Positions 58,736 through 64,000 of a stretch of 64,000 nt of DNA are shown here, in pieces. The notes beneath the pieces are model-generated. The model was not told the origin of the DNA. It saw only the letters and a list, made by a program, of their open reading frames with translations, and searched no databases. Position 1 is the stretch's first letter. The number at the start of each line of letters is the position of its first letter. Source of the stretch: Phyllobacteriaceae bacterium (lineage in GTDB: Bacteria; Pseudomonadota; Alphaproteobacteria; Rhizobiales; Rhizobiaceae); assembly GCA_024742765.1 (NCBI GenBank), contig JANSXT010000009.1:80586-144585 (forward strand). Direction: 5' to 3'. The translations under genes and the position numbers were made by a program.

Positions 58736-60034
58736 TCATTCCGCCGCCGTTCGCGCCCATTTGGGGTCGGGCGTGAGGCGAAGGTCTGCGGCGCGGGCAT
58801 GGCCTTCCATGCCTTCAAGGCGCGAAATGCGGGCCGTGGCCTCGGCGACGGGGCGTGCACCGTCGGCCGTCGCGCGCTGCCATGTCACGGTCTTCATGAA
58901 TTTGTGCACCGACAGGCCGCCCGTATAGCGCGCGGCGCCGGAGGTCGGCAGCACATGGTTGGGGCCGGCGCACTTGTCGCCGAAAGAGACCGTCGTCTCC
59001 GCGCCCAGAAAGAGCGAGCCGTAATTGCGCAGCCTTCCCAGCCACCAGTCGAGATCGGCAGCCTGCACATGCAGATGTTCGGGCGCATATCGGTCAGAGG
59101 TTTCGGCCATCTCCTCCCGGCTATCACAGACGATGATTTCGGCATAGTCGCGCCATGCCGCCTCAGCGGCCGGCCCGTTCGGTTCGGGCAGGGCGGCGAT
59201 GCAGTCCGGAATATGCGCGATGACCGCGTCTGCCAGCGCGCGGTCGTCGGTGATGAGCCAGACCGGCGAATTGGCGCCATGCTCGGCCTGGCTGACCAGA
59301 TCCCAGGCGACGGTGTGCGGATCGGCGGTCCGGTCGGCGATGACCAGGCTGTCGGTGGGGCCGGCGAACATGTCGATGCCGACGCGGCCGAACAACAACC
59401 GCTTGGCTTCGGCGACATACTGGTTGCCCGGGCCGACGAGAATATCGGCGGGCCGTGCGCCGAACAGGCCGAATGCCATGGCGGCGATACCCTGAACGCC
59501 GCCCAGATTGAGGATCGTGTCGGCGCCGCACAGATCCATCGCATAAAGGATGGCCGGCGGAATGCCGATATCCGGACGCGGCGGCGAGCAGGCGGTGATG
59601 TGGCCGACGCCGGCCACTTTGGCCGTGGTGATCGTCATGATGGCGCTGGCGACATGGCTGTAGCGGCCGCCGGGCACGTAACAACCCGCCGACGAGACCG
59701 GTATGTGCTTCTGGCCCGCCCGAAACCCTGGCTGGACCTCGATTTCCGCCGGTTGAATGGTGGCCAACTGGGCCTCCGCAAAGCGCCTGATATTGTCGTG
59801 GGCGAAGGCGATATCGGCCTTGAGTTGCGGATCGAGCTCTTCATGCGCGCGGTCGATCGCGTCGCGGCTTACGACGATGTCGCCCTCCCAACGGTCGAAC
59901 TGGCGCGCAAAGCGCAGCGCGACATCCTCGCCGCCGGCGTCGATTTCGGCCAGCATGGTCTCGACGCGGGCCTTGGTTTCGCCGGCGTCGGCTTCGGGCG
60001 AGCGGGCCGCTCGCTTGAGATAGGTGATGGCCAT
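58736..60034 (-). CDS. Histidinol-dehydrogenase-family NAD-dependent dehydrogenase (HisD paralogue 2)
   Basis: 432 aa. Carries VSQAEHGANSP, APEHLHV, GDKCAGPNHVLPT and GHARAADLR, so all HisD Zn and catalytic positions are retained. Confidence 0.9.
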   Translation of the reverse strand: MAITYLKRAARSPEADAGETKARVETMLAEIDAGGEDVALRFARQFDRWEGDIVVSRDAIDRAHEELDPQLKADIAFAHDNIRRFAEAQLATIQPAEIEVQPGFRAGQKHIPVSSAGCYVPGGRYSHVASAIMTITTAKVAGVGHITACSPPRPDIGIPPAILYAMDLCGADTILNLGGVQGIAAMAFGLFGARPADILVGPGNQYVAEAKRLLFGRVGIDMFAGPTDSLVIADRTADPHTVAWDLVSQAEHGANSPVWLITDDRALADAVIAHIPDCIAALPEPNGPAAEAAWRDYAEIIVCDSREEMAETSDRYAPEHLHVQAADLDWWLGRLRNYGSLFLGAETTVSFGDKCAGPNHVLPTSGAARYTGGLSVHKFMKTVTWQRATADGARPVAEATARISRLEGMEGHARAADLRLTPDPKWARTAAE

Positions 60035-60043
60035 GATGCCCTC

Positions 60044-61606
60044 TTATTTGTGGTCGGCGCGGCGGAAGGCGCCCTGGACGATCCGGTCGATGACCATGGC
60101 GCACAGCAGGATGGCGAGGCCGCCCAGAAGGCCCGGGCCCTTGGCCGCAAATTGCAGCGCTTCCAGAATGACCTTGCCCAGCCCGCCGCCGCCGATCAGC
60201 GAGATGATGACGACCATGGAGAGGCACATCAGGATCGTCTGGTTGACGCCGGTCATGATGGATGGCCGCGCCAGGGGCAGTTCCACGTCATAGAGCACGT
60301 TCCAGCGCGAGGCGCCGAAGGCGGTGGCCGCTTCCTTGATGCTTTCGGGCACGCCCCGGATGCCGAGTGCGGTCAGGCGGATCAGAGGCGGCATGCCGAA
60401 AATGATCGTCGCGAGGATGCCGGGCGGGTTGCCGGTGCCGAAAAAGGCGATGATCGGAATGAGATAGACGAAGGCCGGCAGCGTTTGCATGAGATCGAGC
60501 ACCGGCTCGGCGAACTTGTAGGCGCGCTCCGATTTGCCGAACCAGATGCCGAGCGGAATGCCCAGGATCACGCAGATGACCACGGCGGCGCCGACGAGCG
60601 CGACCGTTTCCATCGCGATCTCCCAATAGCCCATCATCGCGATATAGGCGAGGGCGGCGGCGGTGAAGATCGCAACGCGCGGGCCGGCCGAACGCCACGC
60701 AACCACGCAAATGACCGTCATGACGACCGGCCACGGTGTCGCCACCAGCGCCAGCGAAATCGTGTCAAGCACCGTGCGCACGCCAAAGACGATGGAGTCG
60801 AATGCGCCGGCGCCGTTGCGCGCGGCCGCATCGATCTGCGCTTCGAGCCAGCGCGCCGTGCCGGAATAATGGTCAGGATCGGCGGGGAAGGCGGTGAGTG
60901 CCGGCCACACATCCTCGATGGTAAAGCGGTAGACCGTCAGCGGCGCGATCGCCAGCGCCATGACCAGACCGAAGATCAGGTTGCGCGGCTGGACGCCGGA
61001 GACAACCGCATCGGGATTGATCCGCCAGCGCGAATATTGCTTCTCATAGGCGATGTTGCCCCAGACGCCCTGGATCAGCTTGATGATCACGAGGAAGGCA
61101 AGGCCGGCCAGAAGGATGCCGAACGCACCGGCGGCGGCGGCCTCGGCGGTCTCGCGGCTGCTTTCGGCAGCGCGCATCAGATTGTTGCCGAGCGTCTCGA
61201 AACGGGTCGGGTCCTCGCCGGCGGCACGCGCCTGTTCGGCGCGTTCGAGGAACTGCTGGGCGCGGGCCTCCTGCTGGGCGGCGCGGGCGAGTTCGTCGGC
61301 GCCCAGTTGCCCCCATGTGCCGCGGCCGATCTGCACCCAAGCGATGATTTCGAGGATCAGGAAGAACCAGAAGAAACCCCAGACACCGCGCGCCGCGGCC
61401 CAGAGCGGGCCGAAGACGGCGGCCGCCCAGTTGAACGTCTTCGGGATGCCGCTTGTCGTGTCGTGGATGCGGTGGAAGGCGTTGGCGTAATAGTCGGGAT
61501 TGCGCTCGACGAACTGGGCGATCGATGCGTCAAGTTCGGCGCGGTCGACCTCGATATCGGCGACGGCGGCGACGGTGCGCACCGGGGTGGGGTCCTGGAT
61601 GTTCAT
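60044..61606 (-). CDS. Glycine-betaine/proline-type ABC permease (ProW-like) with an N-terminal extension of about 230 aa
   Basis: The C-terminal half is ProW-like (LMQTLPAFVYLIPIIAFFG, PESIKEAATAFGASRWN). The N-terminal half carries FNWAAAVFGPLWAAARGVWGFFWFF (DUF2628-like) and a coiled-coil-like Ala/Glu/Arg stretch. Confidence 0.88.
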   Translation of the reverse strand: MNIQDPTPVRTVAAVADIEVDRAELDASIAQFVERNPDYYANAFHRIHDTTSGIPKTFNWAAAVFGPLWAAARGVWGFFWFFLILEIIAWVQIGRGTWGQLGADELARAAQQEARAQQFLERAEQARAAGEDPTRFETLGNNLMRAAESSRETAEAAAAGAFGILLAGLAFLVIIKLIQGVWGNIAYEKQYSRWRINPDAVVSGVQPRNLIFGLVMALAIAPLTVYRFTIEDVWPALTAFPADPDHYSGTARWLEAQIDAAARNGAGAFDSIVFGVRTVLDTISLALVATPWPVVMTVICVVAWRSAGPRVAIFTAAALAYIAMMGYWEIAMETVALVGAAVVICVILGIPLGIWFGKSERAYKFAEPVLDLMQTLPAFVYLIPIIAFFGTGNPPGILATIIFGMPPLIRLTALGIRGVPESIKEAATAFGASRWNVLYDVELPLARPSIMTGVNQTILMCLSMVVIISLIGGGGLGKVILEALQFAAKGPGLLGGLAILLCAMVIDRIVQGAFRRADHK

Positions 61607-62640
61607 CCCTTGCCTCCCTGAATGCCGCGCAGCAGCGTCGACTTGGTAACGATGCCGACCTCGGTGCCCTGTTCGGTGATCACCACCGGCGCGTCGGCGG
61701 CGACCGACAGGTCGATCAGCGTATCGAGGTCGGCTTCGCCATCGGCGCGCGGCGCGCCATTGAGCGGCGGGCCGGAATAGTTCGCCAACGGTTCCATGAT
61801 GGTGTGGGCGCGCACCAGCTTGAGCCGGGAAATGCCCTGGACGAACTCGCGCACATAATCATCGGCCGGATTGGTGACGATCTGTTCGGGCGTGCCGATC
61901 TGCACGATCACCCCGTCTTTCATGATGGCGATGCGGTCGCCGATGCGGATCGCCTCATCGAGATCATGGGTGATGAAAAGCGTCGTCTTTTGAAGCTCGT
62001 CGACCAGCGCCTTGAACTGGTCCTGCAATTGCAGGCGGATGAGCGGGTCGAGCGCGGAGAAAGGCTCGTCCATCAGAAGGATTTCGGGATCGGAGGCGAG
62101 CGCGCGCGCAATGCCGACGCGCTGCTGCATGCCGCCTGACAGTTCCTTGGGCAGCCGGTCCTCATAGCCGTCGAGATTGACGAGGCCGAGCGTGTGGTCG
62201 GACACGGCCCAGCGCTTGGATTTGGGCACGCCGCGCACTTCAAGCGGGTAGGCGACATTGTCGCGCACCGAACGGTGCGGCATCAGCGCCATGTGCTGGA
62301 ACACCATGCCGATATGGCGCGAGCGCATTTCCCGAAGGTCGCGGTCGGAGAGCGCGCCCACATCGCGGCCCAGAACCTTGATGGTGCCGGCGGACGGTTC
62401 GATCAGCCGGTTGACGTGCCGGACCAGCGTCGACTTGCCGGAGCCGGACAGGCCCATGATGCAGAAGATCTCGCCGCGCGCGACCGAAAAGGACGCATCG
62501 CGGACGCCGATGACCGTGCCGAAGCGCTCCAGCGCCTCGGGCTTGGTGATGCCGCCCGATTGCGCCGCCTCGATCGTTTCCGGCGCCTGGCGGCCGAAAA
62601 CCTTCCAGACATTGGCGAGTTCGACAACCGGCTCGGTCAT
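61603..62640 (-). CDS. Glycine-betaine/proline-type ABC ATPase (ProV-like) with C-terminal CBS pair
   Basis: ORF 61603..62712. ATG 62640 is preferred (MTEPVVELANVWKVFG; GGAG upstream); alternatives are 62694 and 62712. Walker A GLSGSGKST, signature LSGGMQQR, Walker B LLMDEPF. Confidence 0.9.
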   Translation of the reverse strand: MTEPVVELANVWKVFGRQAPETIEAAQSGGITKPEALERFGTVIGVRDASFSVARGEIFCIMGLSGSGKSTLVRHVNRLIEPSAGTIKVLGRDVGALSDRDLREMRSRHIGMVFQHMALMPHRSVRDNVAYPLEVRGVPKSKRWAVSDHTLGLVNLDGYEDRLPKELSGGMQQRVGIARALASDPEILLMDEPFSALDPLIRLQLQDQFKALVDELQKTTLFITHDLDEAIRIGDRIAIMKDGVIVQIGTPEQIVTNPADDYVREFVQGISRLKLVRAHTIMEPLANYSGPPLNGAPRADGEADLDTLIDLSVAADAPVVITEQGTEVGIVTKSTLLRGIQGGKG

Positions 62641-62696
62641 GGATGCGATCTCCGGGTGCAGGGGGCCGCCGGCCGAAGCCGGCGGCTGCGCCATGG

Positions 62697-63653
62697 TCAG
62701 TTGGTCAGCCATTCAAGAACGACTTCCTCGTTCTCGTCGACCCACTGGCGGGCATAGTCGGCCGCATCCATGTCGTTGAGCGTCAGCTCGAAGCCCATGT
62801 CGCTGAGCCATTCGGCCGGCATCTGGTAGGCATCGAGCATGGCCGCAACGTCCGGATGGTTCTCGCGCACGCTTGCCGCATAGTGCAGGTGAAGGGTTGC
62901 GCCCTTCCATGCGGTGGACGCCTGCGATTTGGCCAGCCAGTCCGGATCGTCGGTCGGCTGGACGATGGTCCAGGTGTCGGGATCGTGCTCGGGCTCTTCG
63001 AGATAGGTCAGGTCGTAGGCGACGAAGATGAAGTGCGGCTCGTAGCAGAAGCCGATCCAGGGTTCGCCGTTTTCGATCGCCGTGCCCAGTTCGCCCCAGG
63101 CGACGGTGCCATCATATTCCTGAAGCTCCATGGTCTGGTCGTAGCCGTAGGATTTGGCGCGGATGCGCTCGATCACGGTCGATGCCCAGCCCGGCGCGCC
63201 GATCCAGACTTCCGGCGTGCCGTTGCCGTCCTTGTCGAAGATGGCGATCTTTTCGGGATCGGTCAGGTCCTCGATCGACTTGATGTCATATTCCTCGGCG
63301 ATCGCGGTCGGCACGCACATACCCTGCACGGCCTGCACCGGATTGTCGTTCATGACGACCGTGGCACGGTCCTTGACATAGGTGTCGTGCAGGTTTTGCT
63401 GGTTGGGCATCCACACTTCGGGGTGCAGGTGCATTGAGCCTTGGTCCATCGCCTCGAAGATGATCGGGTTGGTGCCGTTCTGCAGTTCGACCTCCAGGCC
63501 GAAATTCTCTTCGATGACGACTTTCAGGATGTTGGCGGTCGCGTTGGCGGCGGGCCAGTTGGGCACGCCGAGGACCATGTCGGCAGACAAGGCCGTTGTG
63601 GCGGTGCCGGCCAACATGGTGGCCGCCGCGAGGCAGGTGACGGATTTCTTCAT
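62697..63653 (-). CDS. Glycine-betaine-type ABC substrate-binding protein (ProX/OpuAC-like)
   Basis: Signal peptide MKKSVTCLAAATMLAGTATTALSA. VPNWPAANATANILKVVIEENFG and the Trp-rich region (EVWMPNQQ, WIGFCYEPHF) are typical of the OpuAC fold. Confidence 0.85.
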   Translation of the reverse strand: MKKSVTCLAAATMLAGTATTALSADMVLGVPNWPAANATANILKVVIEENFGLEVELQNGTNPIIFEAMDQGSMHLHPEVWMPNQQNLHDTYVKDRATVVMNDNPVQAVQGMCVPTAIAEEYDIKSIEDLTDPEKIAIFDKDGNGTPEVWIGAPGWASTVIERIRAKSYGYDQTMELQEYDGTVAWGELGTAIENGEPWIGFCYEPHFIFVAYDLTYLEEPEHDPDTWTIVQPTDDPDWLAKSQASTAWKGATLHLHYAASVRENHPDVAAMLDAYQMPAEWLSDMGFELTLNDMDAADYARQWVDENEEVVLEWLTN

Positions 63654-64000
63654 GCTTTTTCTCCCTGTGGCATGGATTGAGGTGGGCGGGTGGTGGATGT
63701 GAAAGCGCCTGCCGGAGGCCGCGCGAACGCGACGATCGCATCGGCGAGCACGTCAAGCGCGTCGAGAGCGGGAATGGCGTCGGGCAGCGCGCCGTCGAGC
63801 GCCGAAATCTCCGTGCAGGCGATCACCAGTGCGTCGGCGCCCTGGGCGCGCAAATCATTGGCTGCTGCAAAGATGCCGGCGCGCTGGGTGGAGCCTGCCT
63901 TGCCGGCCTTGACCGCCTTGATCACCGCCAGAACGTCGTCCTGGTTGGATGGGTAGAGCGCTTGCAGGTCGCGTTCGGCCAGCGCCTGATCGTAAAGTCC
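63650..64000 (-). CDS. Asp/Glu/hydantoin-racemase-family protein (aspartate-racemase-like), C-terminal part only
   Basis: The minus-strand frame is open to the window end: GLYDQALAERDLQALYPSNQDDVLAVIKAVKAGK...GADALVIACTEISAL, which includes the second catalytic Cys motif. ATGA overlap with the proX-like start. Confidence 0.7.
   Translation of the reverse strand, partial: GLYDQALAERDLQALYPSNQDDVLAVIKAVKAGKAGSTQRAGIFAAANDLRAQGADALVIACTEISALDGALPDAIPALDALDVLADAIVAFARPPAGAFTSTTRPPQSMPQGEKA

Noticed and set aside
58691-61621. 976-aa plus-strand ORF, the longest in the track
   Set aside because: It is antisense to three well-supported minus-strand genes (HisD-like, ProW-like, ProV-like). The translation is low-complexity and rich in Arg, Gly, Asp, Ala and His, with no recognisable motif. 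This is a typical shadow frame in GC-rich DNA.

Overview
GC-rich, densely coding segment with alphaproteobacterial (Rhizobiales/Rhodobacterales-style) gene content. I saw no rRNA, tRNA, CRISPR array, transposase, integrase or phage genes. All calls come from reading the ORF translations and DNA by eye; no database was searched.

Layout, left to right:
(1) 1-6.2 kb, minus strand: a tightly coupled operon of a HisD-family dehydrogenase, LacI regulator, bicupin, FGGY kinase, GntR regulator and SIS protein, with perfect palindromic operators.
(2) 6.3-15.4 kb: an HMG-CoA-lyase-like gene; a TAXI-type TRAP transporter interrupted by an opposite-strand secreted protein with three PPC-like repeats; and a DctB/DctD two-component pair.
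(3) 15.6-18.9 kb: a DltA/DltB/DltC-like trio (adenylation enzyme, MBOAT membrane protein, carrier protein) with no DltD. This is the most system-like unexplained element in the window.
(4) 18.9-19.6 kb: a 679-bp non-coding spacer carrying regulator boxes.
(5) 19.6-48.9 kb: an aromatic-catabolism supercluster. It holds a DctPQM TRAP transporter, the aerobic benzoyl-CoA (box) pathway with bclA and boxR, a FadB-like enzyme, paaABCDE-paaZ, paaGIK-paaR, pcaB, pobA-pcaCHG and pcaQ.
(6) 49.0-57.7 kb: a rhizobial-type glycerol locus (glpD, a seven-gene ABC-transporter block, and glpR).
(7) 57.7-64.0 kb, minus strand: an operon of an Asp/Glu-type racemase, a ProXVW-type ABC transporter, a second HisD-family dehydrogenase and a YeiH-type exporter.

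Many long ORFs in the track are antisense shadow frames typical of GC-rich DNA and were rejected. Several track ORFs were trimmed to internal starts that have ribosome-binding sites.
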